Counted from the first letter of the stretch, positions 8,323 to 18,260 are shown. The stretch: DNA of 64,000 nucleotides from Candidatus Aenigmatarchaeota archaeon (GCA_016187335.1 JACPJW010000001.1:832001-896000), one strand, 5' to 3'. Translations and numbers: made by a program. The notes: generated by a model from the letters alone, not told the origin.

Positions 8323-9120
8323 ATGCCCTCCGTCGAAGAAGTCATCAAAGCCGAGCGCGACAAAAGGATGCTCCAGCAGAAGGAGCGCGTTGCCGAGAAC
8401 CTGAAAGGCGTCAAGCGCCGCATTGCAGTGATGTCCGGCAAGGGCGGCGTGGGCAAGACCACTGTGGCAGTGAATATAGCGGCGCTTTTGGCTGAGAAGC
8501 ACAAAGTAGGCCTTTTTGACATTGACATTGACTGCCCGAACGTCGGGAAATTTTTGGGCATAACGGAAAAGGTGAGCGTGGACGCCGGCAACAGGATAAA
8601 TCCCATAGAGAAGCACGGCATGAAGGTTTTGTCCATGGCTTTCCTGCAGGGCGACGAGAAGCAGTCAGTGATATGGCGCGGGCCCATCATAAGCAACGCT
8701 ATATTGCAGTTCATGGAAAAAACAAACTGGGGCGATCTGGATTATCTGTTCTGCGACATGCCCCCTGGGACTTCGGACGCTGCCCTTACAATGATTCAGC
8801 TGGTCGGCATAGACGCTGCCCTGATTGTCTCGACGCCGCAGACAGCAGCGATAACGGATGCAAGGAAAGCAATAGACATGTGCAGGCATATGGCTGTGCC
8901 TGTTCTTGGAATCGTCGAGAACATGTCCGGGTTTTTCGGCAGCAGGATCGAGCAGATCGCAAAGGAAGAAGGCATTCATTTTTTAGGGAGCATTGAGCTG
9001 AGAAAAGATATTGCCGAGCTTTCCGACCTTGGGCTGCTGCCCGTCAAGGAAAGCGCAGAGGCGCGCAGGATTTTCGAGGAAATTTTAAACAACTTTCCTG
9101 ATGAATACAAGGTGAAGTAA
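8323..9120 (+). CDS. mrp: Mrp/NBP35 (ApbC) family ATPase lacking the C-terminal CxxC
   Basis: MSGKGGVGKTT, VIWRGP, DMPPGTSD, VENMS motifs. Confidence 0.93.
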   Translation: MPSVEEVIKAERDKRMLQQKERVAENLKGVKRRIAVMSGKGGVGKTTVAVNIAALLAEKHKVGLFDIDIDCPNVGKFLGITEKVSVDAGNRINPIEKHGMKVLSMAFLQGDEKQSVIWRGPIISNAILQFMEKTNWGDLDYLFCDMPPGTSDAALTMIQLVGIDAALIVSTPQTAAITDARKAIDMCRHMAVPVLGIVENMSGFFGSRIEQIAKEEGIHFLGSIELRKDIAELSDLGLLPVKESAEARRIFEEILNNFPDEYKVK

Positions 9121-9652
9121 TATCAATTGGAGAACAGTAGAAAGGCCTGGTCAGTTCGGAAAGAAAAGAGAAGAAATTTTTCGCGATTATGAGTCAAGAT
9201 ACGGCAGTGGCAACTATCGCATAGTATGGCAATGGAGTGGAATTGTTGTTCCTTATGAAATCGCCTCTCACTTATACGAAGACGGATTTTACTGGGATTC
9301 CATAAGACGTGAAAAATTGTGGAGAAATCTTTTGTAGGAAGCGAGGAATGTCTACGATAATCAGGAAAGCGATGTTGAGTCAGGACTGATTTATCCTCCG
9401 TTTGAAGCAGCTACTCATTTACACGACATATCGATAAGGCGCGTCATTCTGAGAAGGGGCTGGAAATTCGAAGGTGACAAATTAGTCCAGATAAAAAGTC
9501 ATAGCGATTGGAAAGCTCTGAGCCCTGGGAGGGTTCGTTTCCATCTGCCGGAATTAATCGTAGACCCTCACTTGAAAGTGTGGTGGGATTATGATTCTAT
9601 CGAGGATTTTTACCAGAGTAATAAGCTTCTGCAGGTTAGGGTATCCCACTAA
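9119..9652 (+). pseudogene. Disrupted hypothetical gene (no clear start, in-frame TAG 9335-9337)
   Basis: One frame gives NINWRTVERPGQFG..LL*EARNVYD..THLHDISIRR..LSPGRVRFH..FYQSNKLL*, protein-like on both sides of the stop. Confidence 0.55.
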
Positions 9653-9729
9653 ATTCTCCTTAAAATCATTTTCCCATTCCAAATCTTTAATAACATCTTC
9701 TGGACATATTAAATCAGCTTGTGGTGGAT

Positions 9730-10164
9730 ATGAGGGTTTACACAATAGAAGAGGCCAGCCAGCTTGTGCCTTTCCTGGAAAGAACCTTTGAGGGCATCTT
9801 CGCGCTCAACACAAAGATAAAGATGGTCTCAAGGGACATAGACAACTTAATCAGCATATGGGGCAACGAAATATTCGAGAAAAGCAACGTCGACAACGAG
9901 TACTACAAGGAAAAAACAAAGCAAAGAGAGCAGCTGATCAGGGAAATGGCTTCTGAAGTGCAGAAGATACAGGACATGGGTTGCATCGTGAAGGACGTGG
10001 ACGTGGGCCTGGTCGACTTCCACTACGACAATTACGGAGAGCTGGTTTTTTTATGCTGGAAGTTCGGCGAGAAGGAAATTCTTTACTGGCATCCGATGTC
10101 GCAGGGCTACAGGAACAGGCGCAGCGTAGACGAGCTGCTGGCGATGAGGAAGAGGACACCATAA
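9730..10164 (+). CDS. DUF2203 family protein
   Basis: YTIEEASQLVP, VKDVDVGLVDF, FLCWKFGE..YWH motifs. Confidence 0.85.
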   Translation: MRVYTIEEASQLVPFLERTFEGIFALNTKIKMVSRDIDNLISIWGNEIFEKSNVDNEYYKEKTKQREQLIREMASEVQKIQDMGCIVKDVDVGLVDFHYDNYGELVFLCWKFGEKEILYWHPMSQGYRNRRSVDELLAMRKRTP

Positions 10165-10176
10165 TTCATAGATTTC

Positions 10177-10878
10177 TCATAAAATTCCGTCTGGTTCTCT
10201 CCAAACTCTGTATTCTCCCTGACTTATTATTCTTCTTAATGTCGTCTCTATGTCAACATGCGCAGCATGAAGACAACCTGTTATATCTTCCATCCTTTGA
10301 GATGGAAGATTGAGGTCAGCGTCTTCACCCATTACAAATATCTTTTCCCTGTCAAGATAAGGCATAATGCCAACAGGCCGGAAACCAGATTCCTCGCCAA
10401 GTTTTTCCCGCAGGACATATTCAACACGACCAAGTCTTCCAACCAGCCTGCATCCTTTATCTCCGACAACAAGGAAATGAGTAGGCAAGTCCATATCCCA
10501 TCCATGTCCTCCATGAAAATACACAGGCATGATCTCCCTTGGGTCAACATCTATTGCGTAGGCACGAAACACCTGCGGTCGCTCGCCATCTTCGAACTCA
10601 TCAAACTCCAGCAATATTCCTCCATGAAAAGAGGAAACGCCCGCTATCAGGTCATGCCCTTCGGTATCCGTTCCCGCAACAACTTTTCCATTATCATATC
10701 CGGTTTTATGAGCCAATGATGTGACTTTTCCCAAGTCAGTTGTATAGATAACTCTTCCTTTTCCGAACTTTTCAGCCGCTTCAGCCTGATAAGAAGGAAC
10801 TGCAATCACAGCGTTTCCATGCCCAATGAATTCTTCTCCAAATTTTACAAAATTTGGTATACCTGTTGTTCCTGACAT
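10177..10878 (-). CDS. Hypothetical protein
   Basis: 233-aa ORF, AT-richer, no motif recognised. Confidence 0.65.
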   Translation of the reverse strand: MSGTTGIPNFVKFGEEFIGHGNAVIAVPSYQAEAAEKFGKGRVIYTTDLGKVTSLAHKTGYDNGKVVAGTDTEGHDLIAGVSSFHGGILLEFDEFEDGERPQVFRAYAIDVDPREIMPVYFHGGHGWDMDLPTHFLVVGDKGCRLVGRLGRVEYVLREKLGEESGFRPVGIMPYLDREKIFVMGEDADLNLPSQRMEDITGCLHAAHVDIETTLRRIISQGEYRVWREPDGIL

Positions 10879-10995
10879 ATCTGAATATCCAACAATAAAT
10901 CATTTAAAAATTAAGCCAGCATTCTTCCGTGATTCTTCCGTGATTGGTTTTTCGCCGCCGAGAAATTTATAAGCTCTCCAGCAGTTAGAGATTCA

Positions 10996-11277
10996 ATGGC
11001 AATAATCGCGCTTCCCCGCACAGAAGTATCGGAACGGCCCGAAAGAAATGGATGGCTCTCATATATCACACCGCCGCAGGGATTCTGGGGAGCTTTCGAC
11101 GAAATCGTGTCCTTCTTTACTCTTGCCCAAAAATTCCATCGCGAATACGGAAGCGGCCTTGACAGCCGGAGGGAAAAAGTTTATCATTACGCGTCATTGG
11201 CGCTTCTTGAAGCAGCCGCGGACGGGCCGAAGGTTGCATTACTTTATGCATACGTAACGCAGCATTTTATGCGCTGA
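10996..11277 (+). CDS. Hypothetical protein
   Basis: 93-aa ORF downstream of TTTATAAG TATA-like box. Confidence 0.55.
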   Translation: MAIIALPRTEVSERPERNGWLSYITPPQGFWGAFDEIVSFFTLAQKFHREYGSGLDSRREKVYHYASLALLEAAADGPKVALLYAYVTQHFMR

Positions 11278-11382
11278 ACCATAAGTCCTTCATACATTAC
11301 CTATAACGCATAAGCCATGCATTCTTTTTCTTTCTCCGCGCTTTCCCGGAACCTTTTTATCCTTTCGTTGCGGTTTACTATG

Positions 11383-11414
11383 TATGTCCGCAGATATGTC
11401 TGTTGACCGACATA
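11383..11414. promoter_or_regulatory. Candidate PadR operator
   Basis: TATGTC-N8-GACATA inverted repeat 11395-11414 plus a second TATGTC at 11383, at the 5' end of padR. Confidence 0.35.
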
Positions 11415-11797
11415 GTGTGGCTGAGGAATACATAAAATGGCCGGCTGCTTCGCAGCCCGCATCGGAAATAGAGCTGGGCATCCTGCAGATGCAGATTCTT
11501 TGGCTGCTTTCGCGCAAGAGCACCCACGGCTACGAGCTGATGAAATCGCTCAGCATCCTCAAGGGCACTTCAATAACCCAGGGAACCCTGTATCCCACGC
11601 TGAAGCGGCTGGAGGAGCTGGGCCTGATAAAGGGCGCTGAAGCGGACAGGAAGGTTGTTTACCACATAACGGCGAAAGGCAGGAAAACAATAAACGACTC
11701 CTGCCTGGAATTCGTGAAAACGTTCTACGGCATCTTCCATGATTTCGCGTGCCAGTCCTGCTCGTTTTACGAGCACCACAAGGGCGAGAAGAAGTAA
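11384..11797 (+). CDS. PadR family regulator with C-terminal CxxC, heads suf operon
   Basis: THGYELMKSL, QGTLYPTLKRLEELGLI, YHITAKG; tail FHDFACQSCSFYEHH; exact start uncertain. Confidence 0.9.
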   Translation: MSADMSVDRHSVAEEYIKWPAASQPASEIELGILQMQILWLLSRKSTHGYELMKSLSILKGTSITQGTLYPTLKRLEELGLIKGAEADRKVVYHITAKGRKTINDSCLEFVKTFYGIFHDFACQSCSFYEHHKGEKK

Positions 11798-11820
11798 CAT
11801 GCTGAATTTTTGGTGAAAAT

Positions 11821-12597
11821 ATGAGCGAACAAAAAACGCTGCAGAAGCACGTCCTGGAAATAAGGAACCTTTACGCATCCGTTGACGGCAAGGAGATACT
11901 GAAAGGGCTGGATTTGACCGTCAGGAGCGGGGAAGTCCACGCCCTGATGGGACCCAACGGCTCGGGCAAAAGCACGCTGGCATATGTTTTGCTGGGCCAC
12001 CCCAAATATTCGGTAAGCGGCGGCGAGATTCTTTTTGACAATGAAAATATCCTGGAGATGAGCCCCAATGAACGCGCAAAGCGCGGCTTGTTTTTAGCGT
12101 TTCAGTATCCTGTTCCCGTGCCGGGTGTCGGGCTTTTCAATTTCCTGAGAACCGCTTACAACGCTGTCAGCGGGAATGAGATGCCGCCTATGGAGTTCAA
12201 AAAACTGCTGGACGAGAAAATGCGCCTGCTGGGACTGGATGCTTCCTTTTCGGCGAGGCATCTCAACGACGGCTTTTCCGGCGGCGAAAAAAAGCGCTGC
12301 GAGATTTTGCAGATGGCTCTGCTCAACCCGAAGATAGCTGTCCTTGACGAAACCGATTCCGGGCTGGACATAGACGCCCTGAGGATAGTCGCGGAGGGAA
12401 TAAACAGCATGTCGTCCCGGGAAAACGGCGTGTTATTGATAACCCACTACAACAGGATCCTGAAATACATAAAGCCGGACCATGTGCACATAATGAAAAA
12501 CGGCAGGATTGTGAAAAGCGGCGGCGAAAAGCTTGCGCAGCAGCTGGAAGAGAAAGGATATGACTGGATAAAAGATGAGGAGATAGATGATGAGTAA
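11821..12597 (+). CDS. sufC: Fe-S assembly ATPase SufC
   Basis: [42 protein letters not shown]. Confidence 0.97.
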   Translation: MSEQKTLQKHVLEIRNLYASVDGKEILKGLDLTVRSGEVHALMGPNGSGKSTLAYVLLGHPKYSVSGGEILFDNENILEMSPNERAKRGLFLAFQYPVPVPGVGLFNFLRTAYNAVSGNEMPPMEFKKLLDEKMRLLGLDASFSARHLNDGFSGGEKKRCEILQMALLNPKIAVLDETDSGLDIDALRIVAEGINSMSSRENGVLLITHYNRILKYIKPDHVHIMKNGRIVKSGGEKLAQQLEEKGYDWIKDEEIDDE

Positions 12598-12790
12598 AGA
12601 CCAGATAAAACCGAATTTTGGAAATCAGAGAGTTCATGATTCATTCAGCATTGCGTTAGAATATTGGTCAAGAGATGGCAATGGCCCCTTTTCATTGGCG
12701 CTCCGTATACCCAGAGGTTATATGGAAAGAAGATTATGGGAACTGCCATATGATCAACTAGAAGCTAGGGAAGGGAACGACCATGACTGA
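12587..12790 (+). CDS. Small hypothetical protein between sufC and sufB
   Basis: 67 aa, overlaps sufC stop and sufB start. Confidence 0.5.
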   Translation: MMSKDQIKPNFGNQRVHDSFSIALEYWSRDGNGPFSLALRIPRGYMERRLWELPYDQLEAREGNDHD

Positions 12791-14243
12791 ATTATCTCTG
12801 CGCGACAGCTATGAAGAGAAATACGGCTTCAGAACCCCTGGCAAGCCGTCTTTTGAGACAGAGAAAGGGCTTTCTGAAAGCGTCGTGAAAACAATTTCTG
12901 ATGTAAAGAATGAACCTGACTGGCTCAGGAAATTCCGCCTCAAAGCCTTGCATCATTTTTTGAAAAGGCAGATGCCAAAGTGGGGCGCCGACCTTTCCGC
13001 CATCAATTTTGATGATATTGTCTACTACATCAATCCTTCTGACAGGAAGCAGGCGACATCATGGGAAGAGGTTTCGCCGGAGATAAAGAAAACATTTGAA
13101 CGGCTCGGAATACCCGAGGCGGAACGAAAATTCCTCGCAGGTGTCGGCGCGCAGTTCGAGTCAGAAAATGTCTACCACAGCCTGCAGGAGCAATTAGCCA
13201 AGAAAGGGGTTGTTTTCGTTGACCCTGACACGGGACTGAATCCCACGGAAGAAAGGATAAAGAATTTGCGCCTGAACAAAGCTGCAATTGAGCACGCTAA
13301 CCAGATGTTCAGGAAATGGTTCGGCAAGGTTGTCCCGATAGAAGACAACAAGTTTGCCTCCCTGAACAGCGCTGTTTTTTCCGGCGGTTCTTTCATCTAT
13401 ATTCCGAAAGGCGTTGAAGTAACGCAGCCGCTTCAGGCATATTTCCGGATAAACAGGGAAAGCATGGGGCAGTTCGAGCGCACATTGATAATCGCAGACG
13501 AAGGCAGCAAATTACATTATGTTGAGGGCTGCACCGCGGCGATGTACGCTAATGACAAGCAGTCACTGCACACGGCTGTTGTCGAGATTGTCGCCCTGCC
13601 CGGCTCGCAGGTGAGGTATACCACGCTGCAGAACTGGTCCAACAATGTTTACAACCTTGTAACAAAAAGAGCTTACGCATACGATGGCGCGGCCGTTGAG
13701 TGGTTAGACGCGAATATCGGCAGCAGGGTGACAATGAAATTTCCGTCCGTGTTTATGTTAGGGCCCGGCGCGAAAGCGGACATTCTTTCTGTAGCATACG
13801 CCGGCAAAGGGCAGCACCAGGATTCCGGCGGCAAGGCATTGCATTTCGCTCCTAACACGACGTCGAAAATAATTTCAAAATCCGTGAGCAAGGACGGCGG
13901 CCATGCAACATATCGCGGCCTGCTGCACATAGCAAAGGGCGCGACAAACGCAAAATCGACAGTAAGATGCGATGCCCTGCTTCTGGATGAGCAGTCCCGC
14001 ACGGACACTTATCCCTACAACGAAATCAACGAGGACACGGCGACAGTGACTCACGAAGCGTCTGTCGGCAAGATAGGCGAGGATTTAGTATTCTATCTTA
14101 TGTCCCGCGGGCTCACGGAGCAGGAAGCGCTCAGCATGGTCGTGAACGGCTTCCTGCAGATATTCACCAAGGAGCTGCCGATGGAGTATGCAATAGAATT
14201 CAACCGCCTGATCCAGCTGGAAATGTCGGGGGCTGTGGGATAA
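12783..14243 (+). CDS. sufB: Fe-S assembly scaffold SufB
   Basis: GQFERTLII, YVEGCTA, HEASVGKI, ELPMEYAIE. Confidence 0.97.
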   Translation: MTELSLRDSYEEKYGFRTPGKPSFETEKGLSESVVKTISDVKNEPDWLRKFRLKALHHFLKRQMPKWGADLSAINFDDIVYYINPSDRKQATSWEEVSPEIKKTFERLGIPEAERKFLAGVGAQFESENVYHSLQEQLAKKGVVFVDPDTGLNPTEERIKNLRLNKAAIEHANQMFRKWFGKVVPIEDNKFASLNSAVFSGGSFIYIPKGVEVTQPLQAYFRINRESMGQFERTLIIADEGSKLHYVEGCTAAMYANDKQSLHTAVVEIVALPGSQVRYTTLQNWSNNVYNLVTKRAYAYDGAAVEWLDANIGSRVTMKFPSVFMLGPGAKADILSVAYAGKGQHQDSGGKALHFAPNTTSKIISKSVSKDGGHATYRGLLHIAKGATNAKSTVRCDALLLDEQSRTDTYPYNEINEDTATVTHEASVGKIGEDLVFYLMSRGLTEQEALSMVVNGFLQIFTKELPMEYAIEFNRLIQLEMSGAVG

Positions 14244-14292
14244 ACTTTGCTGCTCCAAAGTTTAATCAAAAGAGATTTGTGGCGATGATTAT

Positions 14293-15627
14293 ATGGCATT
14301 AAGTCTTACAGAAGAAAGCGTGGATGAGCTTGCAAAAACCGGGCCCGGGTGGCTTGCAAAGCACAGGCTTGGTTCCTTCGCTAAATTCAACGGCATGCCT
14401 CTGGAAAGTTCAGAGCTTTTCAAAAAGCATGTGAATATCGACCTGGACATCGGCGAGTTCGCCCTGAAGAAGAACGGGTTCCCTGCAGAACTGGGCTTTA
14501 TCCTCGGCAGCGGCGTAACTTTCATTCAGCCTTCAGGCATGCTCATGAACAACGATCTCCCTTCCGGCGTTGTCCTGACGGACATGATGAAAGCAGTGAG
14601 AAATCACGAGGGCATCGTAAGAAAATATTTCAGCGAGCCAGAAACGAAGCTGGAAGCGCTCAACGAATCTTTCTTCGGCAGCGGATATTTCCTTTACGTT
14701 CCCGACAACACGGTGATCGACAAGCCTATCAGGATATTGACAACCCCGGGCCTGGGCGGCTCGGCTCTTTTCACGAAGAACGTTGCTGTTCTCGGAAAAA
14801 ACTGCTCCGCCAGGATTGTGGAGGAGTTTTACTCGCCTGAAATGGAAAGGTCGCTCGCAAGCTCGGTGACATCAATACATGCCGGCGAAGGTTCTCATGC
14901 AAGCATGGGGTGCATCCAGAGCCTGGGAAGCGGCGTATTGTTCACGCTCAAAAGAAAAGTTATTCTTGAAAAGGATGCGCACCTTACAAGCTCTTCGGGC
15001 TTCTTCGGCGGCGCTGCAACCCTGTCAAGGTTCGACAGCGTCATGAAAGACGGAGCAAGCTCAGAAGACTACGAAGTCGTTTTCGGCTCGTCAGCGCAGC
15101 GGTACGATATAACGTCCAACATAATACACAGGGGTATGAATACGAACGGAAAAGTCGTCATCAAAGGCGTATTTGACGGCGCTTCTTCCGGCATATTCAA
15201 GGGAATGATAGATATAAGCAGAGATGCAAAGTACGCCAATGCCTATTTGTCGGAGCATTCAATGCTGCTGGGCAAGGAAGCGAAGGCGGATGCGATACCG
15301 GGCCTGGAAATCAGCAACAACGAGGTGAAGGCGACCCACTCCGCTTCCGTGGCGCAGATAAACGAGGATGAGATGTTTTATTTGATGGCGCGCGGCCTCG
15401 GCAGCGAGCAGGCAAAAAAGCTCATAGTGCTGGGCTTTTTTGACCCTCTCTTCAGGCAGGTGCCTTCCGGGCACGTGAAGCTGCTACTGAGGGGGCTCCT
15501 GGAAATAAAATGGGAAAGAAAGGAGCTTTTTGAAATCAGGGAAGTGATGGAAAGGATTTTGCACGAGAGCGCCGCGGAGGAAACATCGTCAAAGGACATT
15601 TTTGAAAGGCACTATAAGTACCGATAA
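14293..15627 (+). CDS. sufD: Fe-S assembly protein SufD
   Basis: IPGLEISNNEVKATHSASV, FYLMARGL; second SufBD paralog. Confidence 0.9.
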   Translation: MALSLTEESVDELAKTGPGWLAKHRLGSFAKFNGMPLESSELFKKHVNIDLDIGEFALKKNGFPAELGFILGSGVTFIQPSGMLMNNDLPSGVVLTDMMKAVRNHEGIVRKYFSEPETKLEALNESFFGSGYFLYVPDNTVIDKPIRILTTPGLGGSALFTKNVAVLGKNCSARIVEEFYSPEMERSLASSVTSIHAGEGSHASMGCIQSLGSGVLFTLKRKVILEKDAHLTSSSGFFGGAATLSRFDSVMKDGASSEDYEVVFGSSAQRYDITSNIIHRGMNTNGKVVIKGVFDGASSGIFKGMIDISRDAKYANAYLSEHSMLLGKEAKADAIPGLEISNNEVKATHSASVAQINEDEMFYLMARGLGSEQAKKLIVLGFFDPLFRQVPSGHVKLLLRGLLEIKWERKELFEIREVMERILHESAAEETSSKDIFERHYKYR

Positions 15628-15628
15628 G

Positions 15629-15671
15629 CCCTTTTTCTTAAAAGAAAAAGCGTTTGTGGAAAAAGAACATA
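15629..15671 (+). repeat. Dispersed ~44-bp post-stop element, copy 1
   Basis: CCCTTTTTCTTAAAAGAAAAAGCGTTTGTGGAAAAAGAACATA, near-identical to 52285-52329. Confidence 0.65.
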
Positions 15672-15721
15672 TAAAAGTTGAAATGAATGGAAATTCGCTT
15701 CCGGCTTGATAAATTTGTAAT

Positions 15722-16957
15722 GTGATAAAAATGGACAAACTCGTTTCAAAACTGAACATGAAAAAAATCCGGAAGGACTTTCCTATTCTTGGCAGGAAAA
15801 TAAGCGGCAAAAAACTGGTTTACCTTGACAACGCCGCAACGACGCAGAAGCCCAAAGCGGTAATAGACGCCCTGGATGAATACTACGAACAGCGCAATTC
15901 AAACGTGCACCGCGGCGTCCACACGCTGGCTGAGGAGGCAACAGAAGCCTATGAAGAGTCAAGAAAGAAATTAGCCAGGTTCATAAACGCTGACCGGCGC
16001 GAAATCATCTTCACGCGCGGAACCACGGAAGCGATAAATCTTGTTAAGTTTTCTTTAGGCTTCGAAAAAGGCGATGAAATAGTCACAACGGTGATGGAGC
16101 ATCACAGCAACATCGTGCCCTGGCTCATGCTGAAGAAGAAAGGCATTGCCGTAAAGTTTGTGGACGTAAACGAAGACGGTCTCCTTGAAGAAGAACAATA
16201 CGACGACCTGATAACGGAAAAAACAAAGCTCGTCACGGTTGCGCATGTTTCCAACGTTCTGGGAACGATAAATGACGTTAAAAAAATCGCCGGCATTGCC
16301 CATGACAGCGGTGCCTTGTGCCTCGTCGACGCGGCGCAGAGCGTTCCGCACATGCCCGTTGACGTTAAACAGCTTCAATGCGATTTTCTCGCCTTGTCGG
16401 GGCACAAGATGCTCGGCCCTACTGGAAGCGGGGCGCTTTACGGAAAAAAGCAGCTGCTGGAAGAAATGGAACCGTTCCAGGGCGGCGGCGAGATGATAAA
16501 AACAGTGAGCACGGAAAAAGCCACGTGGAACGACCTGCCGTGGAAGTTCGAGGCCGGAACGCCGAACATCGCCGACAGCATTGTTCTTGGCGCTGCTGTG
16601 GATTATCTGCAAAAGGCGGGAATGAAAAACATACGCGAGCATGAAAAAGACCTGACGAAGTATGCCCTGAGCAGGTTGAGCGAAGTGAAAGGCCTGACAA
16701 TCTATGGACCTGAAGCAGGCGACCGCGGCGGCGTTGTATCATTCAATTTAGGCGATATCCATGCCCACGACCTTGCGTCCGTGCTGAACGACGACGGCAT
16801 AGCAGTGCGAAGCGGCCACCACTGCGCCATGCCTTTGCATACAAGGTTAGGAATTGTTGCTACAGCGCGCGCGAGTTTTTACCTTTACAACACACCGGCG
16901 GAAATAGACAAGCTTGTTGCTTCGCTGAAAAGGGCAAGGAAGGTTTTCAGATTATGA
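15722..16957 (+). CDS. sufS: Cysteine desulfurase SufS (group II)
   Basis: YLDNAATTQKP, SGHKMLGPTG, VRSGHHCAMPL. Confidence 0.97.
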   Translation: MIKMDKLVSKLNMKKIRKDFPILGRKISGKKLVYLDNAATTQKPKAVIDALDEYYEQRNSNVHRGVHTLAEEATEAYEESRKKLARFINADRREIIFTRGTTEAINLVKFSLGFEKGDEIVTTVMEHHSNIVPWLMLKKKGIAVKFVDVNEDGLLEEEQYDDLITEKTKLVTVAHVSNVLGTINDVKKIAGIAHDSGALCLVDAAQSVPHMPVDVKQLQCDFLALSGHKMLGPTGSGALYGKKQLLEEMEPFQGGGEMIKTVSTEKATWNDLPWKFEAGTPNIADSIVLGAAVDYLQKAGMKNIREHEKDLTKYALSRLSEVKGLTIYGPEAGDRGGVVSFNLGDIHAHDLASVLNDDGIAVRSGHHCAMPLHTRLGIVATARASFYLYNTPAEIDKLVASLKRARKVFRL

Positions 16958-17583
16958 GTCTTCGATTGATTGAAAGATCCCCAACTGAAGTAGCTGGCTA
17001 TTATGACACAAGATACACTGAAGGCTCGGATCACTGGACCTTGGGACACGATCCAATGACAAGGGAAGATATAGCTCTAATCCGGGAGCACCTGAGAACA
17101 GGTAATGCTCTTGACGTAGGATGTGGTAAAGGAAGATACGCCCGACTCCTCGCTAGATCGTACAGAACTGTCGGTATAGACATTTCCGAGGTCGCCCTGA
17201 GAAAGGCTAGAGAGAGAGCAAATGGAACACCAAACATGTTTCTTCTAAGAGCTGACGCGACTCAGCTTCCGTTTTCGAACGAAACTTTTGACCTTGTGTT
17301 TGACAGGGGATGCCTGCATCACATGCATCCGGAAGATCATGCCGCGTATGCCGGAGAGGTCCAAAGGATTCTAAAAAGAGGCGGACTTTATAGACTTTTT
17401 GCGTTTACGGAAAACTACGCTCCTCAAGGACATTTTTCGACGAACACTGTCCACGGTCATTACAATTATTTTTTCAGCAGCCATTACATTGAAAGACTGT
17501 TTGGCGGTTTTGAAGTAATAAGCAGTCGGAAGAACTCGGTACATACGGTATGGCATTTGTTGATGAGGAGGCCTGCAATATGA
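16954..17583 (+). CDS. Class I SAM-dependent methyltransferase
   Basis: ALDVGCGKG motif I, LRADATQLPF, FDLVFDRGCLHH; ATGA overlaps at both ends. Confidence 0.9.
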   Translation: MSLRLIERSPTEVAGYYDTRYTEGSDHWTLGHDPMTREDIALIREHLRTGNALDVGCGKGRYARLLARSYRTVGIDISEVALRKARERANGTPNMFLLRADATQLPFSNETFDLVFDRGCLHHMHPEDHAAYAGEVQRILKRGGLYRLFAFTENYAPQGHFSTNTVHGHYNYFFSSHYIERLFGGFEVISSRKNSVHTVWHLLMRRPAI

Positions 17584-17981
17584 CCGCTGACGAACTTTAC
17601 CAGGAAATAATACTGGACCACTATCGCCATCCGCACAATTACGGTATTTTAGAGGATAAAAATGCGGAAGCATCAGACGTCAATCCGCTCTGCGGCGATG
17701 CCGTATCCATGACGCTGAAAATAAACGGCAACGCTGTGAAGGACATAAGGTTCAGCGGAGCTGGCTGCGCTATATCACAGGCAGCCGCTTCCATGCTCAC
17801 AGATGCGGTAAAAAGCAAGACTATTGAAGAAGTGAAGAACCTCAGCAGGGACGACGTCACAAATATGCTCGGCGGCATGCAGCTCGGCCATGTTCGGATA
17901 AAATGCGCCATGCTTCCGCTGAAGGTGCTGAAGATGGCTGTATACAGCTATTACGGAAAGAAATTTGAAGAAGAATTGTGA
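17580..17981 (+). CDS. sufU: SufU/IscU family protein
   Basis: LYQEIILDHY, NPLCGD, GCAISQAAAS, RIKCAML. Confidence 0.95.
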   Translation: MTADELYQEIILDHYRHPHNYGILEDKNAEASDVNPLCGDAVSMTLKINGNAVKDIRFSGAGCAISQAAASMLTDAVKSKTIEEVKNLSRDDVTNMLGGMQLGHVRIKCAMLPLKVLKMAVYSYYGKKFEEEL

Positions 17982-17990
17982 GGTGGAAAA

Positions 17991-18260
17991 ATGAAGAGTA
18001 AGGAAATGAGGAGGACTTTTTACAAAAAAGTTCTATCAAAAAATAATAATATGGGAAATGAGATTCAAAAGAGAGAAACCGCGGGTTTCTACTCTTTGAA
18101 AGGGTCTGCAGGTTACTTCATCATCCTGAGCATCGTAGGAATTCTTGTCGGCATATGGATGCTCTTGCAGGGATTCGGCGGCAAGCCCATCACACCGGGA
18201 ATCGCAATTATACTGGGCGTTTTCGTGGTGATAAAGGAAATCCTGGACATCTTCCATTGA
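17991..18260 (+). CDS. Small two-TM membrane protein
   Basis: GAGGTG RBS; two hydrophobic segments. Confidence 0.6.
   Translation: MKSKEMRRTFYKKVLSKNNNMGNEIQKRETAGFYSLKGSAGYFIILSIVGILVGIWMLLQGFGGKPITPGIAIILGVFVVIKEILDIFH

Noticed and set aside
8108-8404. 98-aa ORF overlapping mrp start
   Set aside because: No RBS or motif; overlaps a well-supported gene
9335-9337. Amber recoding or pyrrolysine
   Set aside because: TAG is the normal stop of rpl39e, ftsY, srp54 and FTR1 here; no pyl genes seen
10921-10945. Tandem ATTCTTCCGTG duplication
   Set aside because: Only two units of 11 bp; consistent with simple slippage
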